A stretch of 37,194 nucleotides of DNA from an uncultured Muribaculaceae bacterium (GCA_964644815.1 CAZXXI010000001.1:1-37194), one strand, 5' to 3'. Counted from the first letter of the stretch, positions 1 to 8,185 are shown. Numbers and translations: made by a program. Notes: generated by a model from the letters alone, not told the origin.

Positions 1-41
1 GAGAAAAATGAAATCTGTCCGGTATAATAATAAGTAGAGGG
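1..41 (+). promoter_or_regulatory. Copy 1 of a 41-nt conserved promoter-like element (GAGAAAAATnnAATCTnTCCGGTATAATAATAAGTAGAGGG); possibly cut by the window edge
   Basis: 39/41 identical to the copies at 21103-21143 and 34834-34874. Perfect TATAAT at 23-28. AGGAGGA follows 7 nt after the core. Confidence 0.6.
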
Positions 42-60
42 GTTAGAAAGGAGGACTAAA

Positions 61-114
61 ATGCGCCTTATATTTTTGCTGAAGCTTTTAGCGGGTTTAT
101 TACTATTTTTGTAG
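61..114 (+). CDS. 17-codon hydrophobic micro-ORF (MRLIFLLKLLAGLLLFL)
   Basis: ATG preceded by AAAGGAGGA at 47-55 with about 5-nt spacing. Entirely hydrophobic apart from R2 and K8. Lies between the conserved element and the exporter gene. Too short for the ORF track. Confidence 0.3.
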   Translation: MRLIFLLKLLAGLLLFL

Positions 115-131
115 TTAGAAAGGAGTAACCC

Positions 132-2147
132 ATGCGCAAAAACGTTATATATATCCAAGAAGATGCTTCTTCCTGTGGAGCAGTATCTATCGCCAGCATT
201 CTCTCCTTTTATGGAGGATATGTTCCTTTAGAAAAGATTTTAGAGGACACTTCGACTGATAAGTCGGGTACTAATGCCTTAGAACTGGTGCGTGCGCTAT
301 CCCTATACGGATTCTCGGCAACGGGTAAAAGAGTAAGTGAAAAGGATTTAGGCTCTCTTACCTTGCCAGCGATTGCCCACGTCTCTATAGATGGCTATGA
401 ACACTTCGTCGTCATCTACGAGCTCAAAGGAAGCAATATTATCGCGATGGACCCCGCCTGTGGCAAAAAGATTTACTCTAAAGATGAATTTAGAAAAATA
501 TTTACCGGGCACGTAATAGAAGTCGTCAAAGAGGGCGATATTCCCCATTACCGAAAAAGTCAAAGTATCAGACGACTACTATTAAACGTATTAAAAACTC
601 AGCGCAGAAACATCTTTAAAATCGCCATTCTCAATATAGCTATAGCGCTTTTGGGAATATTGTCGTCATTCCATCTGAAGGCTTTGAGTATCGTCTCGGA
701 TGCTCTTATAGTGACCGCTTTATTCGTCATCATAAGAGTCATTGCCTTCGAACTCTCTAACGTGCGCATTATCGCCTTAGAACACTTAAACAAGCGTTTA
801 GAAGACGATACCGTCTACAAATTCGTCGACCACCTACTGCAGATGCCGCTTTCTGTTTTAAAAAGGAAGAGGACGGGTGAGTTGCTGCGCAAAGTAGAAG
901 AACTTTCCTTCATCAAAGAGTTAGTCGTCCGCCTATGTTTTCTAAACACTTTGGACGTCCTTACCATCATCATGACTCTCGTGATATCTTCTAGTATTTC
1001 GAAAAGGCTTACTTGCATTTACTTAGTGCTCGCTATAGGAATCGTCCTTTTGACGCCATTTTTAAAGAAAAAGATATTCAGAAGTACTAAGGAGGTCTTA
1101 AAGAGTAACGACGAATATAAAAGCACTTTAATAGAGACGCTCGACGCTATCGAAAGCGTTAAGAACTTGAATAAAGAGGATGTATTTTTAGAGACAGCGG
1201 GAGCTGATTTAAAAAAATATACCGGTATGCGGGAAAGGGCAAATCGTTTTCTCACGATGACGGATGAACTGAAGATGTATATTTACGATTCTGCTATCTT
1301 TTTAGTAAACTTCATAGGTTTTTCTCTTTTGAACGAATCTTTTACACTTTATGACCTCATGCTCATCGAATCGCTTTTTGCCTTATTGTATTCGTCTTTA
1401 GAGAGCTTGATGGATACTTTTGTCCATCTCATTAAAGCTAAAGTATCCTATCGGTCTTTATCCGAATTATTAGATGTCGAAGAAGAAAAGCGGACATCAT
1501 CGGTCAAAGAAGACTTTAAAGACATAGCTATAACCGATTTCAGTTATTCTTATGACTCCTTAAATCGCGTCGTAGATGGCATCTCTCTTCGCATCGCAAG
1601 AGGAGATAAAATACTTCTATGTGGCCCATCCGGTGTGGGTAAGAGCACCCTGGTGAAGTGCCTTGCCGGATACTACGCTTCCTATATGGGAAAAATATCT
1701 TTGAACGGAAAGGACATTAAAAGTCTAGGTACGAACATTCTTCGCAACTATATCGTATATGTCGGACAAGAAGAAACACTCTTTAGAAAATCCGTCGCCG
1801 AAAATATCGCTTTAGGTGATTTTGACGAAAAGCGGTTTAAAGAAGTGATAGCCATGACGAAAGTCGATGAAATAATAAAAAAGAGACGCGAGGGCAAAGA
1901 CACCGTCCTTTTAGAAGGGGCGTCCAATCTATCGGGAGGAGAGCGTTCGCGGATTATCCTAGCGCGTGCCTTATACAAAAGACCGGCCGTTCTCATCGTC
2001 GATGAAACGCTTTCGAGTGTCGATTTGGATATGGAAGATGAAATCATCGCCAACCTGCAAAGCATGGAAGAACTAACTCTCATATATATAACGCACCGCG
2101 ACAAAAAGAAATTATTTAATGATGTAATTACACTTAGAAAGGATTGA
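132..2147 (+). CDS. Peptide/bacteriocin ABC exporter with N-terminal C39 peptidase domain (ComA/LagD/BlpA-like)
   Basis: N-terminus QEDASSCGAVSIASILSFYGG (Gln9/Cys15) plus EHFVVIY His and MDPA Asp give the C39 catalytic set. A six-helix-like hydrophobic core follows. Walker A GPSGVGKST, signature LSGGERSR, Walker B LIVDETLS, H-loop ITHR. SD GAAAGGAG precedes the ATG. Confidence 0.92.
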   Translation: MRKNVIYIQEDASSCGAVSIASILSFYGGYVPLEKILEDTSTDKSGTNALELVRALSLYGFSATGKRVSEKDLGSLTLPAIAHVSIDGYEHFVVIYELKGSNIIAMDPACGKKIYSKDEFRKIFTGHVIEVVKEGDIPHYRKSQSIRRLLLNVLKTQRRNIFKIAILNIAIALLGILSSFHLKALSIVSDALIVTALFVIIRVIAFELSNVRIIALEHLNKRLEDDTVYKFVDHLLQMPLSVLKRKRTGELLRKVEELSFIKELVVRLCFLNTLDVLTIIMTLVISSSISKRLTCIYLVLAIGIVLLTPFLKKKIFRSTKEVLKSNDEYKSTLIETLDAIESVKNLNKEDVFLETAGADLKKYTGMRERANRFLTMTDELKMYIYDSAIFLVNFIGFSLLNESFTLYDLMLIESLFALLYSSLESLMDTFVHLIKAKVSYRSLSELLDVEEEKRTSSVKEDFKDIAITDFSYSYDSLNRVVDGISLRIARGDKILLCGPSGVGKSTLVKCLAGYYASYMGKISLNGKDIKSLGTNILRNYIVYVGQEETLFRKSVAENIALGDFDEKRFKEVIAMTKVDEIIKKRREGKDTVLLEGASNLSGGERSRIILARALYKRPAVLIVDETLSSVDLDMEDEIIANLQSMEELTLIYITHRDKKKLFNDVITLRKD

Positions 2148-2151
2148 AAAC

Positions 2152-2295
2152 ATGTTATTACAAGAAAGAGAACTATTATCTATCGAGGGTGGTGGCAGCC
2201 CTGGTTTAGCCATGATTATTGGAGGACTGATTATCCTATTATTGGGCGTCCTGGATGGTTACTATAATTCTATAAAATGTGGAAAGAGGAGATAA
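2152..2295 (+). CDS. Double-glycine-leader peptide 1 (47 aa; predicted mature 33 aa GSPGLAMIIGGLIILLLGVLDGYYNSIKCGKRR)
   Basis: My own translation: MLLQERELLSIEGG|GSPG... The leader fits L(-12) E(-8) L(-7) I(-4) G(-2) G(-1). SD AGAAAGGA lies 8 nt upstream. Sits immediately after the C39 exporter. Hydrophobic with a GxxxG motif (GVLDG). Confidence 0.7.
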   Translation: MLLQERELLSIEGGGSPGLAMIIGGLIILLLGVLDGYYNSIKCGKRR

Positions 2296-2296
2296 A

Positions 2297-2455
2297 ATGA
2301 TATTAAAAAATGAAGAATTGACAAAAATAACGGGTGGAGGAGCTATAAGTGGAACGCTTCTAAATGCCGTCGCCAAGTTGGTCGAAACTCTATACGACAC
2401 GGGCAAACAAATAGGCAGAACACTCTTTAAAATATACCATAAAAATTATTGTTAA
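2297..2455 (+). CDS. Double-glycine-leader peptide 2 (52 aa; predicted mature 38 aa GAISGTLLNAVAKLVETLYDTGKQIGRTLFKIYHKNYC)
   Basis: My own translation: MILKNEELTKITGG|GAIS... Same leader consensus positions as peptide 1. SD AAGAGGAG lies 5 nt upstream. Cationic and amphipathic, with GxxxG motifs (GAISG, GKQIG). Confidence 0.7.
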   Translation: MILKNEELTKITGGGAISGTLLNAVAKLVETLYDTGKQIGRTLFKIYHKNYC

Positions 2456-2458
2456 GTC

Positions 2459-2488
2459 TTGCTTAAAGCGTCCTTAAAATGCTATAAT
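2459..2488 (+). promoter_or_regulatory. Sigma-A-type promoter for cca (TTGCTT-18-TGcTATAAT)
   Basis: -35 at 2459-2464. Extended -10 TGCTATAAT at 2480-2488. Confidence 0.45.
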
Positions 2489-2518
2489 GGATATGCTTAT
2501 ATTAAAGGGTGATGACAT

Positions 2519-3601
2519 ATTATAGAAGACGCATTAAAGCTGTTAAAGAAAATAGAAGAAAAGGGCTATCCGGCCTATATCGTCGGAGGATTCGTAAGAG
2601 ATTATCTTCTCGGTATCGTCTCGTGCGACGTCGACATAGCTACCTCGGCTAAGCCAAAAGAGATTCGCGAAATATTCTCTATAACATCGGGTGAAGCTTT
2701 TGGTAGTCAACGTTTTAATTATCGCGATTTAAATGTCGATGTGACGACTTTTAGAATAGAAGGCGACTATGAATTTAGGCGTCCTACTAAAGTGGAATAT
2801 GTCACGGATGTTTTAACCGATTTAAAACGGAGAGACTTCACAGTCAATGCCATCTGTCTCGATAGCAAGGGTAACATCTATGACCCCTTACACGGCTTTC
2901 AGGACCTCCAAAATCGGCTTATCCGTGTGATTGGTGAGCCGGCAGTCAAATTTAACGACGACCCTTTGCGCGTCATGCGGGCACTGCGTTTCGCTATTAT
3001 GTACGATTTCGAAATAGAGCAATCGGCTCTCGAATATATATTGGAGCATAAAGAATTGATTAAAAAGATATCTTATGATAGAAAGAAGCGCGAACTGGAT
3101 AAAATACTTCTTTCTAAAAAAGCTAAACGTGGCCTTCAATATTTAAAAGAACTGGGTCTTCTCGAAGTGCTAGAGATTTCCTTTGACGATAACTTTAGAA
3201 CGAATTACGACATAATCGGTTCTTGGTCGGAATTGGAGTTTTCGCCAAATTATCCCTTCACTAAGTTAGAGAAGAAACGCATCGCTTTGCTGCGCGAAAT
3301 CGTCAAAAAGAAAACAGTAAACAGAGAAACTATTTTTGAAGCAGGGCTATATGATTCACTGGTCGCTGGCGATATCTTGCGAATAGAACGCGAAGATATA
3401 TTGAAAATATACGACGAATTACCGATACGTAACGACAGCGAACTGGCCATCGACGGTGAGCGAATAAAAAGTATTTTAAACATCCCAACTGGGCCACTTA
3501 TAAAAGAAATCAAAAAAGACTTGCTAAGAGAAGTAATAAGTGGTAATCTACCTAATAGAGACAAAGAGTTAGAAGAATATATAAAAGAGAAGTGGAAGTG
3601 A
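2519..3601 (+). CDS. cca: CCA-adding tRNA nucleotidyltransferase; 5' end non-canonical (ATT/ATA start or 1-nt indel)
   Basis: The frame is open from 2516 and encodes ..ALKLLKKIEEKGYPAYIVGGFVRDYLLG..DVDIATSA..RRDFTVNA, the poly(A) polymerase/CCA head domain. This lies upstream of the ORF-track GTG at 2741. No ATG, GTG or TTG is in frame before 2741. SD AAAGGGTGA at 2504-2512 sits 6 nt before ATT 2519. Confidence 0.8.
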   Translation: MIEDALKLLKKIEEKGYPAYIVGGFVRDYLLGIVSCDVDIATSAKPKEIREIFSITSGEAFGSQRFNYRDLNVDVTTFRIEGDYEFRRPTKVEYVTDVLTDLKRRDFTVNAICLDSKGNIYDPLHGFQDLQNRLIRVIGEPAVKFNDDPLRVMRALRFAIMYDFEIEQSALEYILEHKELIKKISYDRKKRELDKILLSKKAKRGLQYLKELGLLEVLEISFDDNFRTNYDIIGSWSELEFSPNYPFTKLEKKRIALLREIVKKKTVNRETIFEAGLYDSLVAGDILRIEREDILKIYDELPIRNDSELAIDGERIKSILNIPTGPLIKEIKKDLLREVISGNLPNRDKELEEYIKEKWK

Positions 3602-3605
3602 AAAC

Positions 3606-4004
3606 ATGGGCGATACTATCGTTAAATTGTATCAAAAACAAAATTTTGTCATAGGCGAAGACATCCTTCGAACTATCAAAAAAAACGATTTAACTTTAGA
3701 CGAAGCTCTTTTAATAATCTACTTCTGTGGCAATAATACTCATCCCATCTTAGATGTCGACGAGATAAGGGAGAAATTCGGTATGTCCGAACTGGCCATC
3801 ATGAAAGCCTTTTCCAATATTACTAATAGAAACCTCATTTCAATCAAAATGGAGAAAAACCGCGATGGCAAAGTAGAGGAAATCATCGATTTGACCCCCT
3901 TTTACGCTTCTATCGCTATCGACATAAACGAAAGCGTGAAGAAATCGAACGACGAATCCGTCTTTAATCTCTTCGAACGCGAATTCGGAAGGCCTCTATC
4001 TTAG
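3606..4004 (+). CDS. dnaD: DnaD replication-initiation protein, N-terminal fragment (ends at in-frame TAG)
   Basis: Winged-helix-like N-domain ending in FEREFGRPLS, which is the start of the conserved DnaD C-domain motif F..EFGRPLSP.E.E. Same frame as 4005-4256. dnaD-nth synteny as in B. subtilis. Confidence 0.75.
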   Translation: MGDTIVKLYQKQNFVIGEDILRTIKKNDLTLDEALLIIYFCGNNTHPILDVDEIREKFGMSELAIMKAFSNITNRNLISIKMEKNRDGKVEEIIDLTPFYASIAIDINESVKKSNDESVFNLFEREFGRPLS

Positions 4005-4256
4005 ATGGAATTTGAACCCATCAATAATTGGTTAGATAAGGGCTACAGCGAAGAACTCATCAACAGTGCACTAAAAGAGGCCATTTTCAACGGATCCTTT
4101 ACTCTTAGATACATCGACGCCATTCTTATCGAATGGAACAAAAAGGGCCTGAAAAATGGCAAAGAAGTGGAATTATATTTAAAGCGGAGAAAACAGCCGA
4201 AGGTCAGAAATGACGACGCCCTCTTCGACTACAATTGGTTAGATGATGAAGAATAG
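4005..4256 (+). CDS. dnaD: DnaD replication-initiation protein, C-terminal (DnaD/DnaB_2 domain) fragment
   Basis: MEFEPINNWLDKGYSEELINSALKEAIFNGSFTLRYIDAILIEWNKKGLK matches the DnaD C-domain (..FRYIDRIL.EW.K.G). The ATG directly follows the TAG of the upstream fragment, in the same frame. Confidence 0.75.
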   Translation: MEFEPINNWLDKGYSEELINSALKEAIFNGSFTLRYIDAILIEWNKKGLKNGKEVELYLKRRKQPKVRNDDALFDYNWLDDEE

Positions 4257-4863
4257 AGATATTATAAAAGAGTTAGATGTATTATTTCCGAATCCCAAAT
4301 GTCCATTAAACTATACTTTAGATTACGAATTGTTACTCGCCGTCATGCTGAGCGCTCAAACGACAGACGAGAGAGTAAACGAAGTGACTAAAGAACTGTT
4401 TAAGTATGACATCGAAGAGTTAGCTCTTATGGATGCAAAGAAAATAGAAGATATTATTAAACCAGTCGGTACCCAAAAGAGAAAGAGCGAATATGTAAAG
4501 AGGATTTGCGAAACCTTGGTAAGAGACTATGAATCCCGCGTTCCTCATGATAGAACGGTCGTCGAAAGTCTTCCCGGCGTCGGACATAAAACGTGTAACG
4601 TCGTCTTCGGTGAGCTTTTTGGCGACCCAACTTTCGCCGTCGATACCCATGTGACGAGAGTGAGTAAGCGTCTCGGTCTATCCGAACAGACGGACGGTGT
4701 CGAAGATATCGAAAAGAAACTATGTTCTTTTTTCGAAAGCGATACGTGGTGTAAAACTCATGTCCAAATGGTCCTGTTCGGAAGACATATTTGCAAAGCT
4801 AAAAATCCTTTATGCGAAAAGTGTCCATTTAAAAATAGCATATGTAAAAAGCCTCGAGATTAA
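4243..4863 (+). CDS. nth: Endonuclease III
   Basis: HhH-GPD motif LPGVGHKTCNVV, catalytic-region DTHV, and a C-terminal four-Cys cluster CKAKNPLCEKCPFKNSIC. Confidence 0.92.
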   Translation: MMKNRDIIKELDVLFPNPKCPLNYTLDYELLLAVMLSAQTTDERVNEVTKELFKYDIEELALMDAKKIEDIIKPVGTQKRKSEYVKRICETLVRDYESRVPHDRTVVESLPGVGHKTCNVVFGELFGDPTFAVDTHVTRVSKRLGLSEQTDGVEDIEKKLCSFFESDTWCKTHVQMVLFGRHICKAKNPLCEKCPFKNSICKKPRD

Positions 4864-4888
4864 ACTCGAAGCTTTTTAGTTTGCAATA

Positions 4889-7531
4889 TTACTCTGTTTC
4901 ATTGTCACTCGTGCTACCAGAACTGTCGTTTGGATTATCGGATTCCTCGTCCCCACCTGTAACAGGAGGAAGGATAGAAGGGCTTATGCTGACATTTATC
5001 TCGCGACCATTTGAAGCATTATCTCTAAATATAGAGTATCTGCTCTTGACGACTAAAGTGACTGAAGTAGCATTCGTAAGAGGCGTACTAAACGATGTCG
5101 AACTAGTCGTTCCTAAACTGTAAAGCGTTCCATCGGCCTGCTTGACGAATATTTCATATACTACGGTGCCAATATTGTTTTGATTGTATTCTAATCGCCT
5201 CTGATAATATTTGTCTGCCCATCTGCTATAGCCTTCGATGAAATAATCTTGTAAGAAATCGTCATCTATCGCATCTGGCGTGTCGATGGCACTCCAAGAT
5301 AAATTTATCTGATTTCCGACAGTGGAGTAGGTCAAATTAGATACATCTTCCAATTGCCTAAAACGGTATGATACTTCTGTCGGTTCTGTTCCTTTTTTAA
5401 ATATTTCAGTGCTTCTAAGATTTGCTGGCGTTGCCTCGCTTGCTAATTGTACAGGATTGGTCTCCAGTTCTATTACGACTTCTGTAACGCCACTCGGACG
5501 ATTGAAACGAGAATTCTTTTTCATAATTCTCGGTGTCAATACAGACGCGATGCTCGTTCTCGCATTCCAACCTTCATATGAAGTCATGTGATATTGCTTA
5601 GTCGGTTCGTCATACCCGTACCAGAATGCTAACGCGTAGTCTGGCGAATATACTACTTGCCAAATATCTCTTATCGCATTTTTCGATAGACCCTTATTTT
5701 TGATAGTCGTTGCATCTAAACTCGTCGTACCGGTTTTACTTGCAACATCCGTTCCCGCTACGCCTGAACCGATTTTGACATTGCCACTTGCAACTGCATA
5801 TCTCAAAATATAATTTATTATGTAAGCTGTCTCTTCGCTCATAGCTTTAGTTCTCTTCGGCGTATGGTTATAAGTCTCGCCCGTATTGTTAAATTCTACT
5901 TTATTAAACGTATACGGTTCGATATATATGCCACCTCTAGCAAAAGCTCCATACGCTGCTGATAACTGAAGTGGACTGACTCCGTCGAATGCTCCGATAG
6001 AGGCACTTTCGAAAATTTGCTTGTCGGAATTGAGCGGTATATCTATTCCTAAATTCGTAGCAAACTCGTATTTATCGGCTTGGCTAGTAGCTTGGAACAC
6101 TTGCAAAGCAGGTATATTTCTACTCTGTGCCAATGCTCTTTTAGCAGTCATAATGCCATAGTAGTCGTTCGAAACGTTCATTATCGTCTGTCCATTCGAA
6201 TAGGAGTAAACGTCGTCCATGACGAACGAACCCGTTCCCCAACCTTCGTACTCAATCGCAGGACCATAGTCCAAAATAGGCTTTATCGTCGAACCAGGAT
6301 GTCTTCGAATGCTCGTCGCCAAGTTCCATTGGCGTTCACCAGTTTTATTTTTTCCTCGTCCTAATGCCACGATAGCTCCCGTATTGACATCGGTTATAGC
6401 TACAGCACATTCGATGACGTCATTTTTCCATTTAAATCCCGTCTTCCCTTCGTAGAAGTCGTTGATGACTTTTTGTCTCTCTGGATCGAGAGTAGAGTAG
6501 ACTTTCATGGAGTAATCGTATGGATTTTTGCCGGTTTCTTTCTCGACATCCGCGGCCAAGGCATCTATAAAGCCCTGATATTGCGAATAAGAGTAGTTGT
6601 AACCGGACAGCATACTCGAAACGTCTATCGATCTTGCTACTGCAGCTTCTTCTTGAGTTATATAGCCATGTCTTACCATCAAATTTAATACTTGGTTTCT
6701 TCTCGACTGAGCAGTTTCGGGTGCTACGTAAGGATTGTAAGCTCCCGGCGCTTGGAAAAGTCCGACGAGTAGGGCAGCTTCTGCTAAGTTGAGTTCACCG
6801 ACATCCTTTTTGAAGTAAGTTTGAGCAGCTTGCTGAATGCCATATGCGCCGCTTCCGAAGTTCGCCTGATTGACATAGAACTCGATTATCTCTTGTTTAG
6901 AGTAGGTTTTTTCTATCTTAAAAACAGCCATATATATATCTGTAAATTTTCTAATGATGCCAGGAATTCCTGAGTCAGCTATCTGTCCGTTCTCATCTCT
7001 ACTGTACGAGTTTTTCGCAACCTGCATGGTCAAGGTAGAGCCGCCTCCCGCACCTCCTTGACCTAAGAGCTGTCCAACGACAGCTTTACCGAAACGCAAG
7101 ATGTCGATTCCCGCGTGCTGGAAGAATTTCGAATCCTCCGTCGCTATTAGGGCATCGACTACTATCTCCGGCAGTTCGTCATAGGTTACATTCTCGCGCT
7201 TTTCGACTCCTAGCTCGGCAATGACATTATTATTTATGTCGTATATCGTGGTCGATGCACTGCTATAAAGCTTTTCTACGTCGAAATCGGGCGATTTGAT
7301 GATTATGTAGACCGCGAATGATAAAACCGATAGCGCCCCCAATATCATGACGATCATAAACGCGATTAAAACTTTGTTCATTACGCCTCGCTTTTTCTTT
7401 GGTCGCGCTGGCTGCTCTATCTTTTCTGCGTTCTTTTTCTTTTTCATACTCTTAATATTCTGAGTAATCTTAGAAAATTGTACCTTTTTCCCTTTGTTTC
7501 CAGTCTTTTTTGATTCATTGTTTTTTGCCAT
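4889..7531 (-). CDS. ponA: Class A penicillin-binding protein PBP1 (glycosyltransferase plus transpeptidase)
   Basis: GT51 motifs EDSKFFQHAGID and GGSTLTMQ. Transpeptidase motifs STIKP and KTGT. N-terminal TM anchor. recU-ponA operon arrangement. Confidence 0.93.
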   Translation of the reverse strand: MAKNNESKKTGNKGKKVQFSKITQNIKSMKKKKNAEKIEQPARPKKKRGVMNKVLIAFMIVMILGALSVLSFAVYIIIKSPDFDVEKLYSSASTTIYDINNNVIAELGVEKRENVTYDELPEIVVDALIATEDSKFFQHAGIDILRFGKAVVGQLLGQGGAGGGSTLTMQVAKNSYSRDENGQIADSGIPGIIRKFTDIYMAVFKIEKTYSKQEIIEFYVNQANFGSGAYGIQQAAQTYFKKDVGELNLAEAALLVGLFQAPGAYNPYVAPETAQSRRNQVLNLMVRHGYITQEEAAVARSIDVSSMLSGYNYSYSQYQGFIDALAADVEKETGKNPYDYSMKVYSTLDPERQKVINDFYEGKTGFKWKNDVIECAVAITDVNTGAIVALGRGKNKTGERQWNLATSIRRHPGSTIKPILDYGPAIEYEGWGTGSFVMDDVYSYSNGQTIMNVSNDYYGIMTAKRALAQSRNIPALQVFQATSQADKYEFATNLGIDIPLNSDKQIFESASIGAFDGVSPLQLSAAYGAFARGGIYIEPYTFNKVEFNNTGETYNHTPKRTKAMSEETAYIINYILRYAVASGNVKIGSGVAGTDVASKTGTTSLDATTIKNKGLSKNAIRDIWQVVYSPDYALAFWYGYDEPTKQYHMTSYEGWNARTSIASVLTPRIMKKNSRFNRPSGVTEVVIELETNPVQLASEATPANLRSTEIFKKGTEPTEVSYRFRQLEDVSNLTYSTVGNQINLSWSAIDTPDAIDDDFLQDYFIEGYSRWADKYYQRRLEYNQNNIGTVVYEIFVKQADGTLYSLGTTSSTSFSTPLTNATSVTLVVKSRYSIFRDNASNGREINVSISPSILPPVTGGDEESDNPNDSSGSTSDNETE

Positions 7532-7534
7532 AAA

Positions 7535-8092
7535 TCATTCTCCTTTGAAATATACCTCGTCGACTACTCTTAAATAGTCAATCGCCGGTCTCAGTCTTTC
7601 TTCTATTTTATAACACTCGGTTTTAAAAAACTCGTATGGTATGCTTTTTCTCTCATTTTTATCGATGAAATCCAATAGGTCCTCTCCCTTGAGAAGATAA
7701 TACTCTCCGCGGATGCTCACTATCAAAAAGCTCACCGCTCCGTGCTTCAAAATGCGCCTCAAGTGCTTTATCTGGTGCTCGCTTATGTTCGATAGGGGAA
7801 AAGAAGTCTTAGAATGGGACTCTTTGGCCTCGAAATCGATATACCTATTTCTATAAATCCCATTGTAATCAAAAGTAGATTTATCTTTAAAATAGGCATC
7901 GGTAATCTTATTTACCGAATAATCGACATGGATTATGCCGATGGGAGTAGGTTTCTTGTAAATCACAGCCTTATCCATATCTAAATAATATTCATTAGCC
8001 TGATTGATAAGACTCTCTAAATCCATCCCGCGATTTCTATAGTCGACTACGTTTTTTTGATACTTTCCATGTTCTTTAAACGGATAATTCAC
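7535..8092 (-). CDS. recU: Holliday junction resolvase RecU
   Basis: RecU-like length, with NRGM..LE near the N-terminus and the DFEAKE catalytic motif. Immediately upstream of ponA (4-nt gap). Confidence 0.9.
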   Translation of the reverse strand: MNYPFKEHGKYQKNVVDYRNRGMDLESLINQANEYYLDMDKAVIYKKPTPIGIIHVDYSVNKITDAYFKDKSTFDYNGIYRNRYIDFEAKESHSKTSFPLSNISEHQIKHLRRILKHGAVSFLIVSIRGEYYLLKGEDLLDFIDKNERKSIPYEFFKTECYKIEERLRPAIDYLRVVDEVYFKGE

Positions 8093-8109
8093 TATCGTTC
8101 ACCGAAGTC

Positions 8110-8118
8110 ATTATACCA
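8110..8118 (-). promoter_or_regulatory. Extended -10 (TGGTATAAT on minus strand) for recU-ponA
   Basis: The reverse complement of ATTATACCA reads TGGTATAAT, 18 nt upstream of the recU ATG. No good -35. Confidence 0.4.
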
Positions 8119-8156
8119 GATTATGGGCTTTTTTTCTACTCTATTGTATTTTTTGT

Positions 8157-8185
8157 TTGCAAATTTTTACACTTTCCTATATAAT
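8157..8185 (+). promoter_or_regulatory. Sigma-A-type promoter TTGCAA-17-TATAAT
   Basis: -35 at 8157-8162 (this TTG is the ORF-track start). -10 at 8180-8185. Confidence 0.5.

Noticed and set aside
1-41. Interpreting the 41-nt element as an IS end, MITE or attachment site
   Set aside because: There is no inverted-repeat partner, no target-site duplication, and no transposase or integrase nearby. All copies are co-oriented with, and just upstream of, operon starts. This cannot be fully excluded without the whole genome.
4002-4004. TAG recoding (pyrrolysine or readthrough code) as the explanation for the dnaD split
   Set aside because: TAG terminates about 10 other well-supported genes here, including those ending at 4256, 16339, 16604, 24304, 25781, 31292, 32188 and 35358, and the minus-strand gatD (stop codon at 18941-18943). 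No pyl genes are seen. A local nonsense or split gene, or a sequencing error, is more parsimonious.
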